The translations under genes were made by a program, and so were the position numbers. Below are positions 12,201 through 24,379 of a DNA stretch of 64,000 nt, piece by piece. The DNA lies in assembly GCA_965202585.1 (NCBI GenBank), contig OZ241831.1:31496001-31560000 (forward strand), in the 5' to 3' direction. Under the pieces are notes generated by a model, which ran no database searches, was not told the origin of the DNA, and saw only the letters and a program-made list of their open reading frames with translations. Source of the DNA: Thalia democratica (lineage: Eukaryota). Every line of letters starts with the position of its first letter. Position 1 is the first letter of the stretch.

Positions 12201-15200
12201 ACTAAACAAGCCTGAGGCAGCCTAAGATTTTCAAAAATTTTCAAACTAGCAGGGTTGCCACTGTCTAAGTCAGGGGTTCCCAACCAGGGGTGCTCGCACC
12301 CCTTGGGGGTGCGAGGCAGCATTCCAGGGGGTGCGAGATGGCTTTTATTTTTTGTATGACAAATAAGGAGATTTTCACTCTTTGATAAAGTTTATAAAGT
12401 TAAAAAGTACATTTTGTTATAAAAAAAAGTTGGCGCTTATTTTCTGAATAAATTAATTTTATTAATACGTCATAAAGCAAGAGCGGATTTCTAGAAGTAA
12501 ATTATTTTAACTAATTTCATTTGATAGCTGTTAGTTTAGAATTAACATTTCAGTAAAGCTTTCTTAGAGTTTTACACCTGTAAATTTTAATCATCTGTTC
12601 TTCAAATATTTTATTTTCTTAACTGGCCATTAATTGTTTAAAACAGTTAATGCGCTAGCATCTATTTTAACTGAAATACTTAGATAACAATTAGTATCTT
12701 CAGCAAGTTTTTTATAAGCTGTTAAGAACAGGTTCTTTTAAGTCTATTACATTTATAATGTTATCTTTTATAAAGGTTAGTTGTGCAGAAAGTGGTGCTC
12801 AAAGATTTAACATCAATAAATTGTAAAGTTCACAGCTACTACTGTATGTTATACCATTTTAGAAAACTTGTCTTTAGCTTTACTGAACCAATTTTTATAG
12901 ATCAGCAAAAGTATTCAATGCATCAACTTTATTTCTATTCATACCTTTTTTGAACTTGAACCGTTTACCTTTTTCAATCTACTTTTTTCTATTGTTGTAA
13001 GCATACAAACTTTTTTTTGTATTTGCTTTTATACCTTTCTTTTGACAACTTAAGACTAAAATCTTTTAACTTTTAAAAATCTTAACTCAAACCTTTTTTT
13101 ATTTTGAAACCTCCTAGCTGCAAATAATTTTGAAAATAATACATTGCATAAGCTTAACTTAGAACAGCTTATTTTCATATTTTAAGAAGTACATATATTC
13201 ATAACAAAATGTATAAAAAGTTAAGTTTAAAGTTTAAGCCTAATATTTATTACTTTTAGACAAAGTCATAGGCTGAAGTATTGTTTTAGTATAAATTTTA
13301 TGACAAAAAATGTCATAGTAATTGACTTTTTTATTTTTTTACAATACAGTTTATTTAATTAGTACTCAATCATGTCAAAGATAAGGAAGTGGAATGAAAG
13401 TTATGTTCAGTTTGGTTTTACTTGCACTGAAACAGTTGAAGGCCTGCAAAAACCGCAATGCATGTTATGTAACATTGTATTTTCGAACTCAAATTTGAAG
13501 CCATCTAAATTGCAAGAACATTTTAACAAACGACATGGTGGAGCAGATATTTCAGGTCAAGATTTTGAGTCATTAAAATCTAAAAGGATCCGCTATGAAT
13601 CACGAGGAACACTTCCAAAGTTCGGTTTTGTATCTGCTGGCAAACCTCTTTTATTGGCTTCTTACCATGTGGCGTATAACATAGCTAAATCCAAAAAGCC
13701 TCATACAATTGCTGAAGAGTTGATAAAGCCATGTGTGTTACAAATGACAGAAGATGTTCTTGGAAAAGAAGCTTGAGTAAGTGCCGCTATCTAATAATAT
13801 TATTCAAAGTCGAATTAAAGATTTAAGTTCGGATGTTTTGGATCAAGTCATTGCTGAAATCAAAGCTAGTTCTTTAAAAATCTCTCTCCAGTTGGACGAA
13901 TCAACCGATGTTGAAAATTGCAGTCAATTGATTGTACTAGTGAGGTATGTGCATGATGGTTCGATAAAAGAAGATTTCTTATTTTGTGAAGATCTGAAGA
14001 GAACTACAAAAGCAAAAGACATCTTTCAATGTGTCAAAAATTTTTTTGCGAAACATGACTTAGACATGCAAGTTATTGGTTCTGTATGTACTGACGGTGC
14101 CCCTGCTATGTTGGGAAATAAATCTGGTTTTTTTGCTTTGTTAAAATAGGATATTCCGCATTTGCAGGGTACTCACTGTTTTCTTCATCGACATGCCTTG
14201 GCATCAAAAACATTGCCCTCGAAATCTAAAAATGTCCTTGATATTTGTGTGAGGACAATCAACTGGATTAGAGGTCGTGCTCTTAATCACCGTCTTTTTA
14301 AGTCCTTGTGTCAAGACTATGGTAGTGAACATTCAGTTTTACTTTTCCATACGGAGGTCCGCTGGCTATCACGTGGAAGAGCTTTAACGCGCTTTTTTGA
14401 ATTGAGGAAAGAAGTAAAAGCTTTTCCTAAGGAACGTGACTATGACCATTTCAAAGAAATGGAGTCAAAAGAGTTTATTCAAATACTAGCTTACTTAAGT
14501 GAAATTTTCAGCCGGTTGAATGACATGAGTGTTTCCATGCAAGGGAGAAATGTAAATGTTATAAAATGTCGTGAAGTAATAAACGCTTTTAAAAAAAAGT
14601 TAGATCTCTGGTGTCTACGAGTTGAAAGAGGCAATTTATCAAACTTTCCATTACTCGCAGAAATGACTGATGAAGATGAGTGTTTTGTTCCAAGTGTGCG
14701 TGAAGAAATTATGAACCATTTGGAAATACTATCCAAGTCTTTTGACGGATATTTTAAAATAGGAGAACTGGAAATTTCTGAAGAATGGATAATATATCCA
14801 TATTCTTTTAATTTGAATCACATGTCCGATGATGAATCGTTAAAAGATTAACTTATTGAATTATGCATGAACCGTTTTATCAAAATGCAGTTTGAAAGCA
14901 AAACTCTTGAGCAATATTGGTGTTGTTCAATAAATATGTTTCCAAAACTTAGTGAAAAAGCACTAAGTAGTCTCATTCCATTCGCAACGACTTACTTGTG
15001 TGAGTCTGGATTTAGTACTCTTTTGTCTATAAAAACTAAATCAAGAAACCGTTTGAATGCACAGGCAGACATGCGGATTGCCATCAGCAACAAAATGCCA
15101 CGTTTTCAGAAAGTTTTGTACAATAAACAGGAACAAAAAAGTCATTAACTTTAGAGTAGATTTAAAATTGATTTCTTAATCTTTTCAAAATAATATTGCA

Positions 15201-16688
15201 TGAATAGTATTTTAATAGTTTGTTAAATACCTTGTGTGGATAATGAGGTGTCATTTAGGACTTTTTATTAAATATGTAAGAATAGTTTAGTTTTTTATTA
15301 ATAATAATTGAAAAAAAAAATGTTTTTTTTAGAGATAGATTATTATTTTTTTCGTTTAATTAAAAGATAATTAATTTTTTTAGTTTGTTTAAAAATGAGC
15401 AGGTAGAATTACAAGTGATGAGCTCCAAACTCACTTGCTTGACCTTCATAAAACGTTTATCGTTGCGAAGGAAAGAGTGAGTTCTGATGTTTTCTACCTT
15501 ATAAAAAATAGATAAAACTTGTTCGAATATAGTTTGTTATGTTTTCAAATTTCCAAGTGTTTTATTTTTCTTAATATAATACACTATCATAAAAATTAAA
15601 GTACAAATTATTAATTCATGAAATCAATGAAATTATAATAAAATTATTAATAAATAATTAAGTATATAGTGTTAGGGGTGCGAGATCAAATTAAGAGATT
15701 TTAGGGGTGCGGGGCATCAGAAAGGTTGGGAACCACTGGTCTAAGTCAAAAAAAAAACTAGCTAGAGAGAGGATAAACTAGCCTGAGTCAGAATGAGGTT
15801 TTTAAAAACTGAAGAAAAAAAGCTTTAATCTAGTAATCAGTTGAACAGCTAGCCATAAGGTTGACAATTTGGTAGTAAAGTTTTTAATTTTACAACAGGT
15901 AAAGAGTTGGATTTCTGAAATTTTTATTTCATAGTTTAAATGTAAATAAATGTAAATTAGTCACGTGTACCAAATGAGCCAATCACGGTAGGTGTTTAAT
16001 TTTAACTGACGAAAATGACTCTTTTTAATTTACACAGGGTTTGTTTTTGAAAAATAACTTTTCTGTATGCTCTTTTTTACTAACTAGATGCGAATCGGCC
16101 GGATCTCTGTTAGGATCCGGCCTGACCCGGATCCGGACTTTTTTTTAAAATCAAGATCCGGCCGTAACTGGATCAGGATCTTTTTTTTTTAAATCGAGAT
16201 CCGGCCAGAACCGGATCTTTTTTTCATATCAAGATCCGGCCGGACCCAGATAGTGAGTCCGGTACATCACTGTTATATCCGACTCTTTTAATTTTTTGAT
16301 TCCCAGCTAAATCAGAGTTTTGACAAAATCGTTTTAATTTAGAGCACTTTGGCTACTAATATCGTAAAATAACTATTTCTACTGCGTGAGTTGGTGTCCA
16401 AAACTCTCCAAAAAACATCATTTACCAAGCTTATGTGTGCATATTAGCTCTGAATATTATAATATTTAGCTTTTATTATTGGTTATATGTTATTTCTTGC
16501 AAACTTAACTATTCAACATTCACCACACAGGAAGCATCATCAGGTGCATGAGACGGTTGGAGGAACTTTTGCGCGAAATGGCAAACGCCGCCAAAACGAT
16601 GGGAAACCCCCACTTAGAAAACAAGTTCACCAAGTCCATCGAACTGATCAAGCGTGACATCGTGTTTGCCGCCAGTCTCTATCTATAA
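240..16688 (+). CDS. MTREX: Exosome RNA helicase MTR4 (SKIV2L2), 5'-partial, 13 exons: 240-372, 589-881, 1502-1627, 1869-2019, 2402-2634, 3146-3282, 4303-4453, 5737-5922, 7910-8048, 8322-8452, 9651-9731, 10480-10618, 16531-16688
   Basis: All exons join in frame through GT-AG introns. Diagnostic peptides: [84 protein letters not shown], arch/[28 protein letters not shown], and the C-terminus [18 protein letters not shown]...[13 protein letters not shown] followed by TAA. Bases 1-6 (AAGTCG|gtattt) may be the end of the previous exon. Confidence 0.97.
1063..1395 (+). mobile_element. Non-autonomous DNA transposon (MITE family A, CAGGGTTGC TIR, AAAACCTGGA subterminal repeats), in a MTREX intron
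   Basis: Starts CAGGGTTGC and ends GGCAACCCT. Homologous to the copies at 31265, 35588, 57321 and 62476. Flanks TTAACT/ATAATT match at 4 of 6 positions. Confidence 0.85.
2800..2870. mobile_element. Isolated hAT-like terminus fragment
   Basis: GC-rich CAGGGTTTCTCAAAGGGGCGG start resembles hAT TIRs; no matching right end was found. Confidence 0.3.
3581..3967 (+). mobile_element. Degenerate MITE family A copy
   Basis: GAGGTTGCAAA...CGGCAAC ends, internal AAAAAACCTGGAA and CCCTGGAATTT motifs, and colinear similarity to the other copies. Confidence 0.7.
4687..5036. mobile_element. hAT/Charlie(Buster)-type MITE, 350 bp
   Basis: Ends CAGGGGTCGGCA...TGCCGAGCCTG. Perfect 8-bp TSD ATCTATAA (4679-4686, 5037-5044) with central TA. 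Repeated GCGGGCCGC subterminal motifs. Confidence 0.9.
5250..5760 (+). repeat. Decayed tandem duplication of about 250 bp that includes a 3' splice site and exon start
   Basis: 5281-5350 resembles 5521-5611 (TGTTTGCTTTAC...ATACATTTC...AACTTTATTACT). 5480-5502 resembles 5735-5757 (AGAAAGTCAAG..AAAGA.G.CG). Confidence 0.7.
6112..7314 (+). mobile_element. Internally deleted DNA transposon (family B, CAGGG(C/T)TGCC TIR, AGTCAGGA subterminal repeats) with a coding remnant
   Basis: Ends CAGGGCTGCCACA...TGTGGCAACC, with AAAAGTCAGGA repeats at both ends. Colinear over about 1 kb with 46547-47590. Confidence 0.85.
12015..12262 (+). repeat. Fragment of a third CAGGGTTGCC-type element (family C, CTAGCCTGAG repeats), continuing at 15747-15900
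   Basis: CAGGGTTGCCACT at 12250-12262 is the same 13-mer as the TIR at 62476. (CT)AGCCTGAG-like motifs at 12150-12225 and 15779. AGCCA(C/T)AAGGTTGA.AATTT at 12015 and 15850. Confidence 0.55.
12271..15738 (+). mobile_element. Full-length hAT transposon of the Charlie/Buster group, 3468 bp, in the last MTREX intron
   Basis: 15-bp TIR CAGGGGTTCCCAACC / GGTTGGGAACCACTG (1 mismatch). Perfect 8-bp TSD GTCTAAGT (12263-12270, 15739-15746). GGGGTGCG subterminal motifs and an internal transposase. Confidence 0.97.
13372..15148 (+). pseudogene. Disrupted Charlie/Buster (ZBED5/ZBED8/SCAND3-like) hAT transposase
   Basis: BED finger KPQCMLC...EHFNKRH, catalytic [31 protein letters not shown] and YLCESGFS. 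One frameshift near 13776-13781 and in-frame stops at 14147-14149 (TAG) and 14849-14851 (TAA). Confidence 0.95.
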
Positions 16689-16859
16689 GAAAGGTTTTGA
16701 AATATTTAATTTTTGTTTAATAGAAGTTTGTTTTGATGTTTATTCAAAAAAATAATTCAGTAAATTGTTTTGACACAAATTAAATTTTAATCGTATAAAT
16801 TTGACTGAATTTGAATATAAGAGTAATATTATTACGATATTTGAACTTACTTAATTTAC

Positions 16860-16865
16860 AATAAA
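16860..16865 (+). promoter_or_regulatory. Candidate MTREX polyadenylation signal AATAAA
   Basis: First AATAAA after the stop codon, about 170 nt downstream. The hexamer is common in this AT-rich DNA. Confidence 0.45.
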
Positions 16866-19800
16866 ATGTACAAATTATTAGATAAGGTTGTATAGATAAT
16901 TTTTTATTTGTTTTTTCGCTGGTTCAATAAACAATAACTCACATATTTGTTTTTCTTCTCAAATTGATTGTGTATTATAATATTCGAATAATATGACTTC
17001 CTTTATTTATGAAATTTTTAACTATGTTATGCCAAATTAAAGCAAGTGTTTCAATTTAAAACTTTGAAAAGTTCAAAAGTTTTGTTTTTCTAAATAACAT
17101 AAAAAAATTGATCTAAAGAAACTTTAACAGTTTGATAAATCTAATGTTCTTATACAGGTAGTTAAAGTAAAAAAAAAGTTGCTTGTAATGCGTTATGAAA
17201 AGTAATTTTATTTGAAAGAGTTTTTTTTTTCTGGTGTTTAACTAATAAAAGTGAATTAACTTACAGTTACATATGTTTTTAAATTTTCAACAATTATGCA
17301 CTAGTTATTGATAGTCACGTTCATTGATTTTCTATAAAACAACTTGAGAATACTTTTGCTGTTAGTTAGAGAGTTTTTTAAGAGAGTAACTCCCTTCAAA
17401 ATTTTATTATTAATATTTAATTTCTTCCAACCTAATTTCAATCGTTTCTTTTAGCTTTTTTAATGTCATTCAGGTGCACGTTGCTACAAAAATAACAAAA
17501 TTAATCTATCAAAAGTTATTATTGAGCAAAATTACTAATATTGTAACAAAAAAATATAAATATTAATCATTACATTAGATTTGTAAAAGTTTTATATTGC
17601 CATAAACTTAAATTTGTGCTGCTAACTGATTATCTTGAGTAGTTGTATTAATATGTATTGTATTTTAAAATGTTCGAAAAGTGATGTTAATTATTTATTA
17701 TAATATCTTTAATTATTGTTAAAGTTAACTGACTACTTAAACTAATTAAGCAGCATAATAATTAAACATAGAAAAAGAAATTGTAATCTTACACTGAAAA
17801 ATTATTATGTCAAAACCTCTGTAAAAGCATAGTTTAAAATGTTTAACAAAAGTAATACAATAAATTTTCTTATTAGACCAAATTTAATGTAAAAAATCTG
17901 GAATTATTGTTTTGAAGATGTTCTAAATTTTAAAACCTAAAAAAGTATACTAGTAAACTATTGCTACAGTAACTAATAAAAGATTGTGGATTAATTTATT
18001 TGTTAGAACTACTAGTAATAATTATATACAACACTTATTAATTACCATCTTATAAATACCAAATGCTTTTTGGTCTACATTATTTTAATCAGACAGTACA
18101 GTTTGCGAAATATAACTATTTATAAAAAAAAACACTAATAAAAATCTCTATAATGATAATAACTTTCAAAAGTATTAGTAACTTTTATAAATCACACAAA
18201 AATTATTAAAACTAATAGTAATTTACGTTTAAGTGAAAAATGCTTCAAGACTTTAACTAACGTTAAGTATTTGAGAAGATTAAACCATTTAGACACCCTT
18301 TAAATTAAAACTCGTATATTTACAAAAGAAACATACGAATAACAATACATTCTTACAAACCGATCTGATTATAACTTTTAGCAACACTTTTATATCCTAA
18401 TAATAGTTGTAAATAAAAAATGAGTTAATTAATATTTGATGTGCTTTAATGCACAAAAGTTTTCAAGTTACATATATGGATTTTTTGCTGGCTCTCTACT
18501 TATCAGATATTCAACGAAATAAAAGTGAAAGAAATGCAGTAGATTCATTACATTACCACTGTTTTGGTCGTAAAGTTTCACAATTTTTTATGGGTCATAT
18601 TTTAAAAGTTAATAATATTAAGTATAAAACAAAAGCAAATAGATTAGTTTTTATTAAGGTTGACAAACAGATATTTCAATTAAAACTATCTATTAAGTTA
18701 AAGTAATTTTTATTTAAACCCCAAGCAGAAATTTTATCCAATATCCTAAAATATTCTACCCTTAATTATCTTTCTACCTCTAATATTCAAGTAAATTTCA
18801 AATGTTGCATAATTATTTTTATATTATTAGTCATTATTTTACATAAAAAAACTGGTAACAAGTTCAAAACAATTAGAAAATAATTAATAACCTAACAAAA
18901 TACTTAAAGTCGTTAAGTAGTTTACCAAAACCAATTTACGTTGAGCTTAGAAAACTATTAAAAACGATTGTTTGTCAAATCTCGACTCACTAAAACAATT
19001 TTATTTTGGCTTTTCTCCTGTAAAGTTAGGTATTATGTAAATAATGATTTTTTATTACTTATACCTACCAGTTGTTTACATTCAAATATACATACCAGTT
19101 TTTGACTTAAGAACTGTAATGTTAGAAAGTTAGACTTAAGGTTTTTTAATTTAAGCTTTGTTTCAGAACTACAATATCGAAACTTTTAATCTTTAGTTTT
19201 TATTCCTTATTAAGAAAAATCCGACTGAAAGTCTATCATTTATTAACAATTAAGGCTTAAGTTTTGTTTAAGTTTGTAAATTGAACGTTTGAAATTACTC
19301 TGCTTGCTAAACTTGCTTTTTTTTCTAAAATATGTTTTTATTAACTTAAACCTTTAAATTTAACTAAATTGAAAAATAATTAGCTATATACATTTGGTTT
19401 TATAAGTTTTTTGTTTGCATTTTTAGTTATTATTTATAACTTTTAGTTAAGGATATAATTTTTTGTAACATAGTAGCTGTCAAAATATAATACGAAAAAT
19501 AGTTGTTAAATGACAAATTTAGATAGTAAGCATTATAAAAAGTACTATTTTGACTAAACACTAAGCTTAATTAAACTTTTTTTTCTTAAACGGCATTTTA
19601 TGAGCACTGAGTTTTACATTAAGTTGAGGTTAATCTTTAATTCTAAAGCTTTTTAATAACTAGTTGTACGCCTTTTTACTTATGTAAATACTAAAAAAAA
19701 ATAATATAACACCAGCGCATAAAACAGATACGGTTGTAAACAGTGACTTTGAAATTAGCTACTGCAGCCATTGTAGTTAAACGCTGGATTGAAATTTCTT

Positions 19801-20498
19801 TAACAGCAATTATCTGCTTAAAGCTTTTTTTTTTGTTTGTTACAAATGATAACAAAAAGCGTAAAATCGGAACTAGTCAACAAAGAAAATGTGTGAAATA
19901 GTGTTTAACATTTTTTTTGAATTCTACGACTAAAATTTTATTTGGTATAACTTTGATAGTAATGTTTTATTTCACAAAGGTAAAAGAAATAATAAAAAAC
20001 TCGTACTTTTTGTATTTATTATTTATTTACAAAGTATAAAATTCTACAAGTAATTAAACAACTTTCGAACTAATTATTTAAGTTTAAATTACACGAAATA
20101 AATTTATATCAACCTGCATTAAAAAATCTTTTTGCAATTATTACAAAAAGAAAAAAGCATGGTTACAATACAAGCTAAAACAAACTAAATCAACATTAAA
20201 GAATGAGTATAACAAATTAGTTAAGAAGTACCAAACGATTTTAAACACAATATTAACTCTTTCAAAAAAAACTCAAAATAAAAATGCTACTAAATATATG
20301 TTGGCAACTCAAAAAGAAGAAAACTTGTGAAGTTTTAAAATAATAAGTTGTACTTTTATAGCAAGTTATTAAAAATGTTATTGGTAAAGCATTTTTGGTA
20401 CTTTGTATATAGAGTTATAATAGCGGTGGGCAACATAAATAATTGACGGGCCGGATCTAAAATAAATTAGTCCTCAGCGGGCCGGAGCATTTAGAGTA

Positions 20499-20670
20499 AG
20501 TGATCTACCGGATTCAGATGAAACTTTTTTTATATCCGGATCCTAATTTTAAAATATTATTCATATCCGGCTAAATACTATTTATAGACAAAGATCCGGA
20601 TCTGAATGGTAACTAATTTCAAAAGATTTGGATCCGGCTGGATGCTAGTTGATCGGGTATTTCAGAATTT
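20499..20670. mobile_element. Short decayed fragment related to the 11822-16272 element, inside the second hAT
   Basis: AGTGATCTACCGGA resembles the TIR AGTGATGTACCGGA and is followed by several TCCGGA/ATCCGG motifs; the right end is unclear. Confidence 0.5.
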
Positions 20671-21779
20671 TGAATTAATTTCTTAATTACCAAGGTTCTC
20701 AAGTATGAAATATTATGTTAATTTTTATTAAGTATTTATAATTCTATATCTATTATAACTCTGGACCGAATTAATACTAGTTAGTCTTATAAAAACAATA
20801 ATTTGCCTACTAAAAGTTACTCGACCCTAAAATTTCAATATAAAACATTAAAAAATTGTTAACTATTCGAAATTGTCTAATGTTGGCAATCTTTGGCTGG
20901 AGTTTACATTAATAATATTTTTCAGAAGTTAACTAACATTACAATATTAAACTACTACCTTTTAACTTAAATAAATTAATAAAGATTCATGACATAGTTT
21001 TGCACGTATAAAAGAAACTAAACAAGAAATAATTTCGAAACAATAAACAGTTTTACCATAAAAAGCAAAACAAAAATATTAAAATATGCCGATGAAGTTT
21101 TTAAGGTTGATAAATATATAAAAATTGGTTAAATCTAGTTGCATGACGGTCTGGGAAAATCTGCAAGTGCACTGGGCTACCGATTAGGTTTGAAATTAGC
21201 TCCTTGTTAATGTTTATGGTCAGAAATGTTTGTTTGCAAACGTATGAAGTCTATAACAAAACAACTAGTTTCATGGTCATCTTTTGAACTTGACAAACTT
21301 TGGCTTGTTCAATAGTACATAAAATATATCTAAAAATCTACTAAAACCAATGAAATTTATATGCTTGATTTATTTCTTTATAACAACTTATTTACAAAAC
21401 AGTTAAACCTAGATAACAAAATGATTTGGCTTTAAATTTTAACACTTCTACTTTCAAAATATCAAACAGTTATGAACAACTTATGTAATTTAAGTAAGTT
21501 CTGTACTTTAAAAATAATGTTATCAAACATTGCATTTAAAATACTTTTACAAAATTACCAACATAAAAAAAAGAAATATTAAAATAAAAAATAGGTTAAT
21601 TAAGAATTAATTTAGAAAACAGATAAGCCGTACTCCGGGGTCCAGAAAAAAAATCCAATTAACTACTGTTTCAGACTAAGCTATACTAAAATTTTCAAAT
21701 ACAAAAAAGCTATAAAATAGCCTTAAAATAGTTGTCTAAAGAAACATAAACCAAAACACTAATTGCAAAGCTGTTCTCA

Positions 21780-22800
21780 TTGAGATGGCGAAAAAAAGTT
21801 TTAACTTTAGTCTAAATGTCTCTACTACAAAGTATAGTTCATAGGCAAAAGTATCTTTCCCCAGCAGTTTGGCATTTAGCTCGTTCATATGCCCAAATAA
21901 GTCAATCATGAATACAAAATCTGAAAGTCATTCCGTATGTTCGAACTGAAGAAAATTCTTTTGCTTACCTTTTATCTCTAAAAAAGTTTGCGGTTTTAAT
22001 TTCAAAATGCGGTCCAAAACTTTACCTATAATCAACCAGCGTACAGCTGTAAGATAAAGAGTATCATTGTGGTCAGAGTCAGAATTTCGAGAAGCGTTTT
22101 AAACTGCCTGTGTTTAAGATTTTGGGTCTGATAACTATCTTTACAACTGGATTTACTGTATGTTGCATATTAATAAGTTATCTACATAACACCTCCTGGT
22201 GTATTATGCAGTGTAAAAGATTCAATTCCTTCCGCAACCAACATCTGCAACTTTGTCACCAAGTCTTTTTTGCAAACCAACATTTTTTCCTGTTAATGCT
22301 GAACAGCCATTAGTAGTAACACTTACCATATTCTCCCTTGATAAGTTAATTTTACAACTTGCATTAACAACAAATTGGTAAATATCTTTACCAATAGTTG
22401 TGCCTTTCATCAACTCCATTGACAGCAATTCTTCTGTGATTTCAAAATTGTTTAAAATAGTTTGCACAAAGACAAGCAGCTGTGCAGTGTCGCCACTGTC
22501 TGTACTTTCATCTGATGCCAATGAAAAATGCCGGAATGAAGGTACATGCATTTTAAATTGTAGTGCAGTGAAGGTCTTTACCAATACGATACGACGAGCA
22601 ACTGTTCGTCTTGACAACCAACTCCTTCAAACTTCTTTCTGAACTGGGGACAGACTTGATCAGCCACATCGAGATTTTTTTAAAAACTCACCATCATTAA
22701 ATGGTTTACAGTGTTTAGCAATGTTGTATGAAACCAAAAAGCTGGCGTGAGTGTAAGCTTCCTCAGCTGATTTACTTTTTAAAAACATTCTGCTGTGTGG
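21780..22800 (-). pseudogene. Remnant of a GTF2IRD2/SPIN-like hAT transposase
   Basis: Minus-strand peptides ASFLVSYNIAKHCKPFNDGEF, LSRRTVARRI, FSLASDESTD, VTTNG (catalytic D changed to N), LHCIIHQEVLC, VRWL..GKVL and HMNELNAKLLG, separated by frameshifts, stops and deletions. Confidence 0.9.
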
Positions 22801-23176
22801 CTAGTCTTTGTCAAGATCTACTGCTCTAGCTTATAATTCAAAAGAGGTTTTGTACAAGTTTTGTATAGTTTACATTGGCTATTCGGATTTCATCTAAATT
22901 TTGAAAATGCTTAGCGGGCCGGATCATCCACTCGCGGGCCGGATTCCATTAAAATTTAAAAAAGACTTGGGAGCCGGTCAATTTCACTCCGCGGGCCGTA
23001 CGTTGCCCACCCCTAAGTTATAACTTACTTTAAATTTAGTATTAAACAGCATTGAAATGCAAAAATTTGAATACTTCTCATTACAGATAGCTTATATTAG
23101 AATTAAATTGTAAAATAAAATTGAAAATGTTTGACCTTTCACTTTTAATAAGCCTTGAAAGCTTAAAGAAATAATC

Positions 23177-24379
23177 TTAGTTTTCACATAAAAATTCACG
23201 AAGGGTTCTCTCGTCATAATCCCATAGCTTTCCGATACCTTGAGGGCCTAACGTCGGATGGCTTCTAACTCTCATGTAGTTCAAATTTCTGTTACCATGA
23301 CCAGGATACCAAATGAAGTCCAGGGGAGGAGTTATGGTGGAACCATCAACTCTCACCCAACGACCATTGACTCTTCTGATGCCAATGGCGAAGTCCTGAA
23401 CCTTCATATTGAACTGTGCAGCCAACTTTTTTCTAGCAGCGATTGTCTCTAGACCGTAGCTAGCGAGATTTTCTTGGTATACATCAGCACAATATTTTTG
23501 AGATTTTAGCCAAGGCATCAACTTGTTAACAAAGTGGTTAGTCGGCTTTTTACAAACGACATTAGTTAAATCGACGAAACCGTCTTGACAGTAGACATTT
23601 TGAGAGTTAACTGGCATATAGCCTGGATCACACGTAATCAACGCTTTTTCCCCGTGGACCAAGGGCAATTGCACTGTGCCTCTGTCAAAGTTTTGGTCGA
23701 CAGAAGTGCAATCGGCGCGGCAAACGAGAGGCTCTTCTTTAAAAGACGGAGCAATTTCGCTGCCTCGACAAGTTCTTTCAACGACATCGCTCGTCGTGTA
23801 GCCGGCGTCGCACGAGTAAGTGATCGAGCTGTTAGATTTTACATGGGTTCCCTGGGAGGCGTCTGAAGAGGTGTGATTGATACTAGTTACCAAGCAACCT
23901 TGTATACATACCAACGGGTAAAGATATAATGAAGGGACCAATCTTCCCATGAAGCACCGTCTTGTTTTGACGCTTTCAGTGAAGTAACCGGAAACGCATT
24001 CATACGTCACAGCTTCGTTATGACGTATTAAAGACGAAACGTTGTGGTTGGCGTTTTTTACTTGTTCGATTAGGCAACTGGAAAGCTGCATAATTTGCTC
24101 TTCGAACTCGGCAGTTTTGGCGAGATAGTCGTGGGCGGTGCAGCTTGTCCCAGGCTCCCCTTTTTGACCGGGGAGACCTTTGGGACCGGCTTTTCCGATG
24201 GGGAGCGGTCTGTTGTCGCCATGGTTGCTGGGAAACGATGAAGGTTGCTTGTCACCATCGCATCGCACTTCAAGTCGACACTGGTTTTCTGAATCCTAAT
24301 CAGATGGTGTCGCTCTTGAAGTAACGAAAACTAATGGTAACAAGAACAACAATTTTAATCGAATTTTGTTTATAAACAT
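23177..24379 (-). CDS. Secreted protein: signal peptide, short collagen, neck, 3 CCP/sushi domains and a C-type lectin-like domain. Intronless CDS interrupted by one in-frame TAG at 24296-24298 (null allele, recent pseudogene or sequence error)
   Basis: ATG at 24379 gives MFINKIRLKLLFLLPLVFVTSRATPSD*DSENQCRLEVRCDG, in frame with the 363-codon ORF. (Gly-X-Y)5-6 GKAGPKGLPGQKGEPG. Three four-Cys modules with Y.C.xGY motifs. CTLD-like W..SQKYC...IGI.R..G.W...DG...WYPG...LWDY...FLC. Confidence 0.8.

Larger units (their letters stand above)
11822..16272. mobile_element. Non-autonomous hAT-like element with CCGGAT-rich subtermini (about 975 bp of its own sequence), host of nested insertions
   Basis: 20-bp TIR TAGTGATGTACCGGACCCAC / GTGAGTCCGGTACATCACTG (2 mismatches). 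Flanked by the 7-bp direct repeat TTATATC (11815-11821, 16273-16279). Many CCGGAT/ATCCGG motifs at 11830-12002 and 16095-16262. Confidence 0.85.
20421..23015 (-). mobile_element. Decayed hAT transposon (SPIN/GTF2IRD2-like Buster group), 2595 bp
   Basis: 14-bp TIR TAGCGGTGGGCAAC / GTTGCCCACCCCTA (1 mismatch). Perfect 8-bp TSD AGTTATAA (20413-20420, 23016-23023). GCGGGCCGG subterminal motifs. Confidence 0.95.

Noticed and set aside
14147-14851. In-frame TAG and TAA in the transposase as evidence of stop-codon reassignment
   Set aside because: The same ORF also has a frameshift, and host genes end normally at TAA; this is ordinary decay.
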